A DNA stretch of 63,558 bases, filler included, from Octopus bimaculoides (taxonomy: Eukaryota): assembly GCF_001194135.2 (NCBI RefSeq). It is 6 parts of 6 records of this genome, joined end to end, with 100 filler letters (N's around TTAATTAATTAA, not from the genome) between each part and the next. Parts side by side here need not be neighbours in the genome. Positions count along the whole stretch, not along the records: positions 1 to 17,733 come from NC_068997.1; 5 more parts are not named here. The stretch is one strand, 5' to 3'. Every line of letters begins with the position of its first letter. Positions within the stretch are counted from its first letter, which is position 1. Under the pieces are notes generated by a model. The model ran no database searches, was not told the DNA's origin, and saw only the letters and a list, made by a program, of their open reading frames with translations. Position numbers and translations under genes: made by a program. Positions 1 through 13,770 of this stretch are shown here, piece after piece.

Positions 1-70
<70 letters not shown>

Positions 71-222
71 CATATATGTATATATATATATATATATACA
101 TACACACCTGTCAAGAGCTGGAGTCGATGTAATGGACGGGTCCCTGTCCCCCAAATACAAGCCTTGCGTCTTGGACGGGAGTGAACATCATCATCATTAT
201 CATCAGTATAATTATTTTTATC

Positions 223-269
<47 letters not shown>

Positions 270-289
270 CTGTAGTAGTAGTAGTAATA

Positions 290-860
290 TTTACATTGAG
301 TGAGAGAGCAGCGCGAGCCATCTGTCACTGGTGAACAAATATACAAAGCCCATTATACCCATCATAACTACCTGTCTGATGAGGGTCCATCAGGCACATG
401 CATCACAACCATATGTGCGTGACATGGTGATCTCATATCAAGATAAACAACTCATGAGTTTCCAAGTGGGGCCCAGTTAGAATTTTTTTCAGGCTGAGTA
501 GCCCGTCCTGCTCAAGAAGTCCCTGGATAAGGTTTGTTTAAGGATGTTGAGCAAAACACCCATGCTTCCAGAGGTGAATTATTAAAACCCCAAAAGAATA
601 CCTCTCAACACATGGCTATGATGCTCCCCGACTACTTCTGCTCGTAATCAGAGATGCACATATCGTCAGCCACCAAGGGACATGCTCAACTGGTTAAGGT
701 CAAAGAACAGTCAAGCAAATCTGTGGTATTGAGCAGAATATTTGCTGTAGCCCATCTTTTATTACATGACAAAACAATGTACAGGATAACACTTCCGATC
801 AGTTAAGATCAGAAGCTGTGAGAGCCACTGCCTAGTACTGCATCAGGACATTTATCCTCC
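290..860 (-). mobile_element. Interspersed repeat, probably a long LINE 3' UTR or non-autonomous retroposon
   Basis: Non-coding block that follows the LINE ORF end at 870-1300 on - and runs into a (TAC)n tract at 222-286; family assignment is inference. Confidence 0.35.
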
Positions 861-869
861 TATTCCTCT

Positions 870-1300
870 AAGGGGCACATACTAATAGGGAAGTCAACCG
901 ACAAGAAAAGACAGGGGGTCGGAAGTTCAATGATGCCTGTGATATTTTGAGGTCAGAAAAGTCATTGGCGCTACGGCGTTCTGAGTCTCTGTTGAGTATA
1001 CAGTGTAATCCGACGCAAGCAAGCCTCAGTATCTGTCTTGTTTGGAATTTGTCCAGGGCAGCAGGAAGGATCGAATTGTGGAGATTGATATTGCAGACGG
1101 TAGATATCATGGGATTTGGTTATGGAGAAACAGTCAAAGGCAAAACGGTTAAAAGGGTTGATGAAAATTTCAGTCGAGTAAAAAATAGTGAGATACAGAT
1201 AGAACTGGACAATGCCATGGTCCACTCTGAACGGTTGGAACATTTGAATCGGGCGGTATCTCACCACCTACTTCTACCCTATCTTATTTCATTATCTCTA
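870..1300 (-). mobile_element. Degenerate 3' end of a CR1/L2-like LINE ORF2
   Basis: Frameshifted AALDKF / GQIPN..D / RRSAND segments resemble LDLFLSIIPDEP...SNS at 51068 and IPDQ...ESNS at 36750. Confidence 0.45.
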
Positions 1301-1787
1301 TGACTCTTCCATAATGACAGATAGTCATTATTTCAAGTATCTTCTTTTTCTGTCTTGAAGCAGAGCTTATGCCCAAAATGATGAGAATTATTTTACCCCA
1401 CGGTATATATATATTAAATTACCTTTTATGGCTACATTTTTAAAATATAATTTTACACACATACACATACACACACGTATAAACATATAAATATATATAT
1501 ATCAATGTGTGTGTGTGAGTGTGTATAAGTGCGTGTCTGTGCGAATAAGCATGTGTTTGCCGTAAACTGCACCTCTGGAATCGAAGATAACCTTGAAATA
1601 TAATACTCTTACCAATCATATTTAAATATATAATGGGAATGAATTTTATTCAAATTTCTATTATTTCTGCAGATAATGACAAGAAATTATTATAAAAATG
1701 CAAGGAATACACGAAAATCCTTATTTCGGCAAATACAAGGGAAAAGGTAAAGAATAAAGTACACACACACAAACACACACACACACA

Positions 1788-1848
<61 letters not shown>

Positions 1849-1899
1849 GAGTGCTAATGAGATGGAAGGAACATCTATCCATCCATACATATAAATATA

Positions 1900-1941
<42 letters not shown>

Positions 1942-2595
1942 GAACCGATTTACTTCCCCTTTGCATTGTCTTTTTCAAAGTTAAACAGTTTTACTACAAA
2001 TCCAAACAGTTANNNNNNNNNNNNNNNNNNNNNNNNNNNNNNNNNNNNNNNNNNNNNNNNNNNNNNNNNNNNNNNNNNNNNNNNNNNNNNNNNNNNNNNN
2101 NNNNNNNNNNNNNNNNNNNNNNNNNNNNNNNNNNNNNNNNNNNNNNNNNNNNNNNNNNNNNNNNNNNNNNNNNNNNNNNNNNNNNNNNNNNNNNNNNNNN
2201 NNNNNNNNNNNNNNNNNNNNNNNNNNNNNNNNNNNNNNNNNNNNNNNNNNNNNNNNNNNNNNNNNNNNNNNNNNNNNNNNNNNNNNNNNNNNNNNNNNNN
2301 NNNNNNNNNNNNNNNNNNNNNNNNNNNNNNNNNNNNNNNNNNNNNNNNNNNNNNNNNNNNNNNNNNNNNNNNNNNNNNNNNNNNNNNNNNNNNNNNNNNN
2401 NNNNNNNNNNNNNNNNNNNNNNNNNNNNNNNNNNNNNNNNNNNNNNNNNNNNNNNNNNNNNNNNNNNNNNNNNNNNNNNNNNNNNNNNNNNNNNNNNNNN
2501 NNNNNNNNNNNNNNNNNNNNNNNNNNNNNNNNNNNNNNNNNNNNNNNNNNNNNNNNNNNNNNNNNNNNNNNNNNNNNNNNNNNNNNNNNNNNNNN

Positions 2596-2628
<33 letters not shown>

Positions 2629-2631
<3 letters not shown>

Positions 2632-2775
2632 GACAGGCTTCTTTAAGTTTCCGTCTATGAAATCCATTCATAAGGCCTTGGTTGGTCCGAATCAATAGTA
2701 GAAGACACTTGTCTAATGTGCCACGCAATGAAACTGAGCCCTGAAAGCAAACTTCTTACCACGCAGTCACGCCTG
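2629..2775 (-). mobile_element. SINE family B tRNA-derived head, diverged
   Basis: Similar to the copies at 41285-41445 and 50722-50867 (ggcttcttt-agtttccgtcta...gaagacacttg). Confidence 0.65.
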
Positions 2776-2789
2776 AGCCTCTCACCACA

Positions 2790-3590
2790 ATGTTTGTTTC
2801 TCAGCGTTTCTTTCTTTAGGGTTGCTAAGTTTGGTAAGTAAGAATGATGCGACAGAGCTGTCCACCCGAAAGCGATGTCCCTTGTTCCTGGCGTTGTAAT
2901 GTTGAAGAAGAAATTTAGTCAACTTCAAATTTTGTCTTACTAAATGGATTCTTGGTTTACGTGTTTCAAGGATCTCACTGCATGTTTCACAGTTGACCGT
3001 TTGTTTTCAGCAAGAAATCGACAAAAATACCACCCTGAGTATTCTAACAGACAGTCACCATGATTTTTCCAGTTGACTTTTCTGCTTTGAAAGTTCTGAA
3101 TTTTGGAGAGGTCGCATGACGCCATTCATTTGATATTTTTTTCGATTCTGGTTCATAATAATCTTCTCTACAATTGGCCCAAGGCCTGAAATTTGGGGGG
3201 GAAGGATAGCCGATTGTATCAACCTCAATATTCAACTTGTTCTTATTTTACCGACTGCGAAAGGATGAAAGGCACCTATCATCTATAAATGAAAGCGTCT
3301 GCTGTTTTCTTTTTGGCCGGGGTGACAGAAGTTGACGGATGGCATCTTGAAAGCACGTCTGATAAACATGAATTTCCCAATTCGTTTTGGTCAATTGAAT
3401 TCTCATTCAGATGGCGAGCGTATCTCCACACATCGCTGTAGGCCTAAAGCTTTCTAAACGGTTTCCAGTACTTTGTGAATGTCTGCAACAGTTTTCCTTT
3501 CGGTTGAAAGAAACTCAGTTACTGCCCTTTGATTCTGACGGATATCCAGCAGGGCAGCCATTTTGATATTAGCTCCTTTATTCATACACC
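2790..3590 (-). mobile_element. Decayed mariner transposase remnant interrupted by a SINE tail at ~3160-3275
   Basis: - strand translates to MAALLDIRQNQRAVTEFL (HTH start), YEPESKKISNEWRHATSP...GKIMVTV and GWTALSHHSYLPNLA (degenerate HPPYSPDLAP). Confidence 0.7.
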
Positions 3591-3594
3591 AAAC

Positions 3595-3669
<75 letters not shown>

Positions 3670-3981
3670 TGATGATAATAATAATAATGATAGAACCTTT
3701 CCATTTTCACCAAATATTAAATAATTTCATTGAAAAATATAGAAGCTACATTAATTTGTCACTTACCCTCGTGTGTGTACGCGTGTGTGTGTTTATCACA
3801 GGCCGCGCTAATAGGTGTACGAACGTATGGACATATGTGGTTTGCATTTCAGTGTGTCAATTTAGAGAAAATTCACACCTATTTCTAGCATGTGAAGGAA
3901 CCTGGTCGCTGCTTGTCATTTGGTAGAAAGCGATCTATGTAGAAATAGGGTGTGTATGGCTAGTGATATAGTTGGGTATTA

Positions 3982-4162
3982 CCGTATTTTAACGTGTATA
4001 AGGAACCATTTTCTTTTCAAAACTTGGATTTAAAAAAATATGGGGATTTCTTATGCGTGGATAGTTTTATAATACCTTACAAAATCTTTCTTCCAAATTT
4101 TAAGCCCCAAAATTAAGGGGTTTCCTTATACAGGTGGGTTCCTTATACATGTTAAAATACGG
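3982..4162. mobile_element. MITE, Tc1/pogo-type, TA target duplication
   Basis: ttaccgtattttaacgtgtataaggaacc matches the reverse complement of ggttccttatacatgttaaaatacggtaa at 28/29; TA on both sides. Confidence 0.85.
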
Positions 4163-4572
4163 TAAGTTAGGGTGTATAATTTGGAACATATGTAGATGAT
4201 AGGAAGGTACGTAAGAAGTGATTGTTAATATATAGTATATAATGGTATGTAGAGGTAAAATTTAAGGGAGAGCGAATTGTAAATAGGAGTAAGATAGATG
4301 GAGAGATAGATAGGTAGATTGATGGATAGAGAAATGGATAGACAGAAAGATATACAGGTAAGTAGGCAGGTAGCTTGTAGATATGAATGTAGGTAGATGG
4401 TTAGGTAGAGATGAATGCAAATATATTTAGTCAGGTAAGTAGGTAGTTGTAAGGTAGGTAGAGGTAGGTAGTTAGGTAGATAGATTAAAGGTATGAAGGT
4501 AGGCACACACGTACACAGGTAACATGTAAAGGTGCGACAATATGCCGGAGTAATAGAATGTCTTCCTATGCG

Positions 4573-4613
<41 letters not shown>

Positions 4614-4641
4614 ATCTATCTATCTATCTATTTTTACATTT

Positions 4642-4674
<33 letters not shown>

Positions 4675-5472
4675 CACACACAAACACACACATGCACAGG
4701 AATTTTTCTAGGTCAATCAAAAATGTTTTAGAAATGGAAAAGTGGGGGAAATCCCTTGAAAATTAAACGAGTTCTTTTTTATTTTATTTTTAAGGACCCA
4801 TCAGCTATTCAGAGGTCCAGCTATGTCTTAAAGGTTCCGGAATGGTGTACCGATTGACTCCCCACCTCGCAAAGTGTCTGTCTGCCTCTGTCCCTGTCCC
4901 CATATATATATATATATGTGCAATGTATGTAAGTAATATATGTACAAAAATATGTATATGTAATGTATTCACACACACACACTCATATATATATACATAT
5001 ATATACACACACATACACACATATATATATGTATGTACATGTGTATATAAGTATGAAATGTATATATGAGTGTGTGTGTTTGTGTGTGTGTGTGTGCATG
5101 TGTGACAACGCGCGTCTACCTGGCTACTGACTGGTGTAATGGATAGCTTTGCGGGTTAACCGGAGAGAGTGTACAGCATTTGTTCATGAATAATGAACAA
5201 GGCTAGCACCCACCCCGGCTGACTCACCTACCCGATACCCACCCGCTGTTTGTCTGTCTCCTCAATGTTCTGGCTATCGTAATATATAATGTTATGGAGT
5301 CAGCAGGTTGAGACACTCTATCGGTTGGCCTTGCTACCCGAGAGCCTGCACGGGTATGTTTTTCAAAATGTTCAGAATAAAAGAAATATTTTTCTATCTG
5401 AATTCAGTGGCTTACAGTGCCACATGCGTACGGAACCCAGGCACAAAAGAAATCTAAAACATACAATGACAA

Positions 5473-5851
<379 letters not shown>

Positions 5852-5859
5852 TCTTTTAT

Positions 5860-5972
5860 TCTTTTACTTGTTTCGATCATTTGGATGCGGCAATGCTGGA
5901 GCACCGCCTTTAGCCGAGCAAATCGACCGCAGGATTTGTAAGCCTAGTACTTATTCTATCGGTTTCTTTTTT
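5860..5972 (-). mobile_element. SINE family B 3' tail fragment
   Basis: Matches 50490-50610 (ttttacttgtttc...gctggagcaccgcc...gtaagcctagtacttattctatc). Confidence 0.7.
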
Positions 5973-5974
5973 TA

Positions 5975-6152
5975 CTACTGCTACCTTTTCCATCGACCAC
6001 AACTGCTTAACCTCCCAAGCTAACCTGTCATACCTATCGACTTTTCTCTCTTCCTTATCGCATACCTTGTTGTCAGCTGGGCATGCTATATCTATGATCC
6101 AGCATAGTTTGTTTTCTTTCTCAATTAAGACCATGTCTGGCTTCCTATTCTT
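5975..6152 (-). mobile_element. R4/Dong-clade LINE fragment, restriction-like endonuclease domain
   Basis: NRKPDMVLIEKENKLCWIIDIACPADNKV..KVDRYDRLAWEVKQLW carries the PD-(x)n-D RLE motif; abuts a (TTA)n tract. Confidence 0.8.
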
Positions 6153-6154
6153 CC

Positions 6155-6214
<60 letters not shown>

Positions 6215-6761
6215 CATTATTATTGTTGTTGTTGTTGTTGTTGTTACTATTATTATTATTATCATCATTATTGTTTATTATTTTTCTTTCATTTCATTAC
6301 ATGTAAATCCTCACACTTGANNNNNNNNNNNNNNNNNNNNNNNNNNNNNNNNNNNNNNNNNNNNNNNNNNNNNNNNNNNNNNNNNNNNNNNNNNNNNNNN
6401 NNNNNNNNNNNNNNNNNNNNNNNNNNNNNNNNNNNNNNNNNNNNNNNNNNNNNNNNNNNNNNNNNNNNNNNNNNNNNNNNNNNNNNNNNNNNNNNNNNNN
6501 NNNNNNNNNNNNNNNNNNNNNNNNNNNNNNNNNNNNNNNNNNNNNNNNNNNNNNNNNNNNNNNNNNNNNNNNNNNNNNNNNNNNNNNNNNNNNNNNNNNN
6601 NNNNNNNNNNNNNNNNNNNNNNNNNNNNNNNNNNNNNNNNNNNNNNNNNNNNNNNNNNNNNNNNNNNNNNNNNNNNNNNNNNNNNNNNNNNNNNNNNNNN
6701 NNNNNNNNNNNNNNNNNNNNNNNNNNNNNNNNNNNNNNNNNNNNNNNNTAATAATAATAAT

Positions 6762-6805
<44 letters not shown>

Positions 6806-6887
6806 TAATAATAATGATAATAATAATAATTATAATATTAATAATAATAATAATAATAATAACAACAACAACAACAACAACAACAAC

Positions 6888-6943
<56 letters not shown>

Positions 6944-6945
6944 AT
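6150..6945. repeat. (TAA)n/(CAA)n microsatellite tracts around an N gap
   Basis: Visible at 6150-6290 and 6750-6945. Confidence 0.95.
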
Positions 6946-7140
6946 AAGAGCACCACAGCAAACCACAGCACATACCCAAGGCGCACAGAGCTGCGCTCGG
7001 TAGTGAAGTGAAAGCACGTTATAAAAATAAAACTACTGAACAATAATAATAATAATAATGACAATAATCCTTTCTACTAAAGGCACAAGACCTGAAATTT
7101 TGTGGGAGGGGACTAGTCGATTACATCGACTCCGGTGTTT

Positions 7141-8819
7141 CGGAATTGGCAAAAGTAAGATAGAAATAAAGGAGCCAACTAAGACTGATGAAATGGAAGA
7201 GTTCTGGAAGAAGATATGGAGCAACACAGAAGAATATAATGCTAAAGGTGACTGGATAGAGCATGAGAAAGTGAGACTGGATAAAGATGAAGAGCAGAAA
7301 TGAGAGGGAATAGGAATATAGAAGAGCTAAGATGTGTTCTTAGGAAGTCTCACAAATGGAAAACTCCAGGACTGGACCGAATTCCGAACTTCTGGCTAAA
7401 TTGTCTGACAGAAGTACACAAAAATTTCGCTGCATCTCTGACAGAACCCAAAGCAAATATCTGCCTGGCTGACCGAATGAACAACATACCATCTACTAAA
7501 AACCGAAGACATAAAGACTCCAAAGAACTACCGACCAATATCATGTCTCGTCACCACCTACAAGATCCTCTCATCCATATTAACAGACAGAATATATGCT
7601 TTTCTTCAAGAGAGATCTATCCTTCCACAAACGAAAAAAGTTGTAAAAGGAATTCTTATGGGTGCAAAGATCAATTTCTCATAAGGATTGTAGAGAATTG
7701 CCGGAGCAAAAATCACCTGAGTATGGCATGGATAGACTACAGGAAAACGTTTTACAGTGTCCCACATAATTGGCCACCCAAGGCCCTAAAGATACATGTC
7801 ATCTCCAAATTCCTAAAAATTAGCATTGCCAAGGGAACTTGGCATTAATCGTGAAATATTTAAAGAAGCTGAGACTACTGCCACAAAACAAGCAAGATGG
7901 ATGAAGCAGACTGGAAAAAAGAACGGGCAGAGACAAATTGCCAGAAGTCTTTGCATGGACAGTATATACTTCGTAGTCGAACTGCTGATATAGATCAAGC
8001 AACAACCCATCAGAAGTTCAGGACTGAAAGAAGAGACTCAAGGTTTCATATTGCCAGCAGGTCAAAGCCTCCTTACCAAAAACTACCAGGCTAACGTTCT
8101 TCAAAACGGTTCTGACCCTAAATCCAGACTTTGCGACACATTTGACGAAACGATTGACCATTTCGTCTCGGGATGTTCTCTGCTGCCACCGAACGAATTC
8201 AAAAATCACCACAATAGGGTAGGACAGTGCTTACACAGGAAAATATGTAAACACTACAAAATCAGCACTCCTGCTTACTGGTACGAAGATCATCCGGAGT
8301 CAGTCGTTGAAGATAAAAATGTCACTATCCTGTGGGATTTTCCAGTCAACACTGACAGAACGATCCAGGCTAATCGACCAGACATTTATTAGACAGAGAA
8401 GAGAATAATTGTACACTAATAGATGTAAGAGTTCCCACTGATAAAGAATTTGACAAACTAAATAAATACAAGGACCTGGAAATTGAAATACAAAATATGT
8501 GGCATCTTAAAGCGAGAACTGTTCCTGTTATTGTAAGTGCCATAGGTATGATAAAAAAAGGGGATGTCGGAAACATTTAGATAAGATCCCAGGAGAACTA
8601 CGATTCAGAGAAATCCAAAAGATTGTACTGACAAGTACTGCCCACATCATTAGAAAAAGACCTATCAATTTAAATGCCTTGTGTTGTATTACATGAAGAT
8701 ATTTCGTTACTTCCGCTCTCTAAGCATTTAGTCATTTTGTAGCATCTCTTATCCTTCACTCGTCTTAGGACACTTAGTGTGTCTCCGCAAGTGACTAACA
8801 ATCATGCAGATAAAAAGTA

Positions 8820-8820
<1 letters not shown>
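7141..8820 (+). mobile_element. R4/Dong-clade non-LTR retrotransposon, 5'-truncated, frameshifted, RT core deleted
   Basis: FWKKIW; KWKTPGLDRIPNFWL; NYRPISCL; MAWIDYRK..SVPH; CCHC knuckle (RLCDTFDETIDHFVSGC); WDFPVNTDRTIQANRPDI and IDVRVP (RLE); stop at 8671-8673; 3' end runs into (TAA)n. Confidence 0.92.
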
Positions 8821-8884
<64 letters not shown>

Positions 8885-8898
8885 TAATAATAATAATA

Positions 8899-8933
<35 letters not shown>

Positions 8934-10333
8934 ACACATGGCCGGCAATTATAAACGAAAAAGATTAGTTGATTAAATCGACACCAGTATTTTACTGGTG
9001 TATTGCTTTATCGATTTCATGGACATGAAAGACCAAATTTAATTAAGAATCGTTTCAGCTCAGAACTTAAAGGGAGATAACTAAAATCTGCATGATATTT
9101 TGTTTCCCGTTCTTCAGTACCAGGAAATATTTCAGTCTACAACAGTTGCTGATACTTCACAGGACTCAACCCCAAACCAAAATGGAATATTGCACTCTTA
9201 TCTAGGACAGTATTGCTATGCATATAGAAACCCTAGACTGCATCGATGGAGGGGCCTTTCGACTAAGATCAATTCAATTATTATTTTACATATATACACA
9301 TGTGCGCTAGAAAGGCATGACTCACAACCGAAAATTAGAGCCCAGTATTAAGTTATAGAATCACTATTGTATTCTGTACAGTTGGACGAACGGCATCAAA
9401 ATAGGGGATAGACTACTGCGCAGAATACGAGCCTCGTGAGAATATTATGTATTTATTTTTTTGCATACAACACCGACGAGGTAATGTTAGGATTGCGTAA
9501 TATTCAATAAACCCTTGTGTAACCTTGTCAGTCGATTTACTGAAACACGCGTATCTTTTATAAAACTTTAGGTATTTTGGGTAAAAGTAGTTCCCATCAG
9601 TTTGGTACAGGGTTAGGTGCACTCCACATATATCTCTCGTATAAAAGTGTGTATATCTTATATACATAGCTGTGTGTGTGCGTGAGTGCGTGTGTGTGGT
9701 GTGAGCGTATGTATATGTATATATATATACATATAGCAATAAGGAAATGGAGGAGAATATGCGGTATCCATCGACTTGCAGACTATATATATATATATAT
9801 ATATACACACACAAACACATACCTCCTTAGCATGTATGTGCATAAATGATGAATGGAAAGAAGAGACGAAAACGAGAAGGTAGAAAGAAGGAAAGAGATG
9901 AGAAAGTGAGCGGGGGAGGGGGAATGAAAGAGATTGAAAGATAAAGTGAAAGAAAATGAATAAGAAGTAGTTAGGAACTGGAAAGGATATATATATATAT
10001 NNNNNNNNNNNNNNNNNNNNNNNNNNNNNNNNNNNNNNNNNNNNNNNNNNNNNNNNNNNNNNNNNNNNNNNNNNNNNNNNNNNNNNNNNNNNNNNNNNNN
10101 NNNNNNNNNNNNNNNNNNNNNNNNNNNNNNNNNNNNNNNNNNNNNNNNNNNNNNNNNNNNNNNNNNNNNNNNNNNNNNNNNNNNNNNNNNNNNNNNNNNN
10201 NNNNNNNNNNNNNNNNNNNNNNNNNNNNNNNNNNNNNNNNNNNNNNNNNNNNNNNNNNNNNNNNNNNNNNNNNNNNNNNNNNNNNNNNNNNNNNNNNNNN
10301 NNNNNNNNNNNNNNNNNNNNNNNNNNNNNNNNN

Positions 10334-10369
<36 letters not shown>

Positions 10370-10391
10370 CACACATAAATGATATATGAGC

Positions 10392-10425
<34 letters not shown>

Positions 10426-10980
10426 ATATATATAACATAAATACATACATATATGTATATATTGAAAGAGAGAAAGAGAGAGCGCAAGATGAATGAAAAA
10501 CCACATAGATATTGAAAGAGAAGTAAAGAAAGAGATCTAGTTAGATAGAGAAAGGAAAATAGAGAGAGAGAGAGAGTTGTATAATGCAAGCGAGAAGACG
10601 TGTGAGAGTGAGGAAGGTGTGTGTTATATGAAAAGAGAGAGTGTGTTAAGGAGAGATAAAAAGAGAAAAGCCAGAGAAAACCTAACAGAAAGAGAGGGAA
10701 ATAGAGAGTGTATATGAGAGAGTGAGAATGAGAAGCAGAGAAATGGAGAGATATGAGGGAGAGGGAGAGAGAAAGAGAAAGTGAGAAAGAAAGAGATTGA
10801 TAGAGAGAAAGGGTGAGAGAGAATTTAGAGTATATAAGAGTGAGTGTGAAATAGAATACTGTAAAGCGCGTAAAATGTAGAGGGAGAGAGAGAGAGGCAG
10901 AGACAGAGAATGCAGAGTATGAGAGTCAAAGAGAGTAAGAGTATGAGAGAGAAAGAGAGAGAGAGAGGGAAAGAGATTGA

Positions 10981-11045
10981 CAGTCGACGTGAGCAAATAA
11001 ACCAATCAGAGGGCAGCAGTGAAAGCGAGTGGGCGTGGCTCCCGG
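10981..11045 (+). promoter_or_regulatory. Candidate Dlx proximal promoter
   Basis: GACGTGA 10986-10992, CCAAT 11002-11006 and GGGCGTGG 11031-11038 are clustered after a GA-rich tract, ~1.3 kb upstream of the ATG. Confidence 0.55.
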
Positions 11046-11460
11046 TTGTTTCTTTTTATTTTTCAGTGCTGAGAGAGTGTGTGTGCTCAATGTATACTTA
11101 ATATATTTTTCTCAGCAAACGAACGTTGCTCTGTTGGTTTTAGTACAAGCTTACAATCAGACGCGTGTGATATAGTTTAGTCGATACACACACACACACA
11201 CACACATACACACATACACGCATACATATACATACACATATATACAACTATATATATATATATACACATGTATGTATATGTATATGTATATATAATATTG
11301 CAAATGTGGCTCTTCGCTCCTTGAGCCTTGCTGTTGCTGCTACTACTACTGCTGCTCAACTTTCACATTTTTTGAAAAAAATTGTATACATTTAGATATA
11401 TAAATATACACATACATATATAATATATAATATTATATATATATACACACATATATATAT

Positions 11461-11515
<55 letters not shown>

Positions 11516-12331
11516 ATATCATTCATATATATATATATATATATATATACATATGTATATGAACATACATATAATACATACATAAATATATATCTAGATA
11601 TATAATTAATTAGGGAAAAAAGTTGATTATTACTATTGTTAATTTTATTAGTAGTGATATTATTATTATTATTATTGTTATTATGAAAACATTTCATATA
11701 GATTATCGTCGCCTGTCCTGGGCCACTCGAAGCTGCCAAAAGTATCTATCTTTACAATCAAAACAACAAGTACAGCGGCTACACCAGCGTCAAGAACAAC
11801 ATCAACATGACAACAAATTAAAAACATCTGAATAGGAGAGAAGAAAAAAAAGTAATAATAATAATTATAATTATAATAATTATTATTATTTTTAATACCT
11901 ATAATCAATCACTTGAAGCACACGGCTACAACTCAAGTAACATCAACAACACCAGTTACACGACCAATAACAACCGCAAAATTTTATAATAATAATAATA
12001 TTAATAATAATATTACAGTTATATATATAATGTGTGTAAATATATATATAAGTATGTATATTTATTTTAAAAAATCACCACGGAGAAATTAATTAATTTT
12101 AATTAATCACATTTACACAAATTTATCAAAACTGATAATCTTAACAAATATATTTATTTTTTACAAATTTCCAAAAAAAAAAAGGAAAAAATTTTTTAAT
12201 TTATACATACATCCATATATATATATATATTTTACATATATATATATATAAACACACAATCATTTATGTATATATATAATTCAACACCTACTGTTAATAC
12301 TAATAATAATAATATTGACGTTAAACCCTCC

Positions 12332-12629
12332 ATGATGTTAAATATCACGGGAAGCGTGGAAGGTCTCGACCAAGATGTCACGGGGAAATCTGCTTTTATG
12401 GAACTTCAACAACAGCCGATGCCACCCGGAATGGCGCATCCAGCTTACCCGATACGCTCTACGTACCCTACACATCAAAGTCAACATGAAAACGTGTTTT
12501 CGACGGCACAGCACACGCGGCCATTTACCTATCCCTTTGCCATGAATACAATGTCAGCTTCAACTTATAACCCGCCGACCCATCCTTTTTCTGTCACCCC
12601 TTATCAAACCACATCGCCAACACGTGAAG
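12332..12629 (+). CDS. Dlx: Distal-less/Dlx homeobox transcription factor, first coding exon (N-terminal region, no homeobox)
   Basis: MMLNITGSVEGLDQDVTGKSAFMELQQ contains the conserved Dlx N-terminal SKSAFMELQ motif, then a Pro/Tyr/Ser-rich region; phase-1 donor GAAG|GTAAGA at 12629/12630; alternative upstream in-frame ATG at 12266. Confidence 0.85.
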
Positions 12630-12987
12630 GTAAGATATTCTTCGGAGATGAAAACAAAACCAACACATACACACATGCACCTATAAACACATACACGCGT
12701 TCACACAAGCAGACATACAAAGACACATGTACATGCACAATTTCGTATAAAGTAACAATGAAACACACAAAAAAAAAAAAAGAGAGAAAATATGAAAAAA
12801 AATTAACAGAAACATCTACCCCTACCCTTCCAGAATTTACAAAAAAAGATAAAATACATACCTGTATTGATAATGGTTCCCTAAAACCCCACAAAAAATC
12901 CCCAAACATAACATATAAGAATATATATATATAAACATGCATTTTTTTATACATATTTGAAATATATGATATGATATGTACACACAC

Positions 12988-13019
<32 letters not shown>

Positions 13020-13074
13020 ANNNNNNNNNNNNNNNNNNNNNNNNNNNNNNNNNNNNNNNNNNNNNNNNNNNNNN

Positions 13075-13108
<34 letters not shown>

Positions 13109-13685
13109 AACAGACACACATCCATAAATATGACATATATATACATACACATACACAAAGTACATTTGTAATATATTCATGAATATGTGTTTATTAATTC
13201 GAAATATTAATATTGTTTGCATATATTCTATTTGCTAGTTCAAATATATCCTTGTTTGTTTCGTATCTGTATGATTACTCACGAGGATGATGATGATGAT
13301 GATGATGATGATGTTTATTTTTTTGTTGATCATTCGATTATACTTAACATACGGATGGATTGACGACACCCATTTAACAAAACACTGCTGCCACCCGTAT
13401 TCTGCATATATGCTTGTTTCCTATGCGCTACAGAACGCAGAATAACGCTAGCTAGTATTAGTAGTGGTAGTGGTAGTATGAGTGTTAATAGAAGTAGCGT
13501 TACTAGTAATCGTGGTTATCAAAAACAAATACCATAATGCATTGATGATAACTATAGTAATGATGATAATAACAGCAGTTCTGCAATGTATAGATAAGGG
13601 CTACGGGCTTGTACAATCGAGTGTCTCTTATTGAGTAAGCATGGAGCTGGAGTGTTTTCAAACTGTTTGTGTGATGTTGATGAAT

Positions 13686-13770
13686 GTAAACAATAATTAG
13701 TAATACATCCGGGGATTTTAATTAATCATGGATGAATTTTAATTATGCAAATGTACCGAACAAACAAACA
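13686..13770. promoter_or_regulatory. Candidate intronic enhancer (homeodomain, POU and Fox motif cluster)
   Basis: TAATTA at 13694, 13719 and 13740; ATGCAAAT at 13745; GTAAACA at 13686; AAACAAACA near 13762. Confidence 0.35.
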
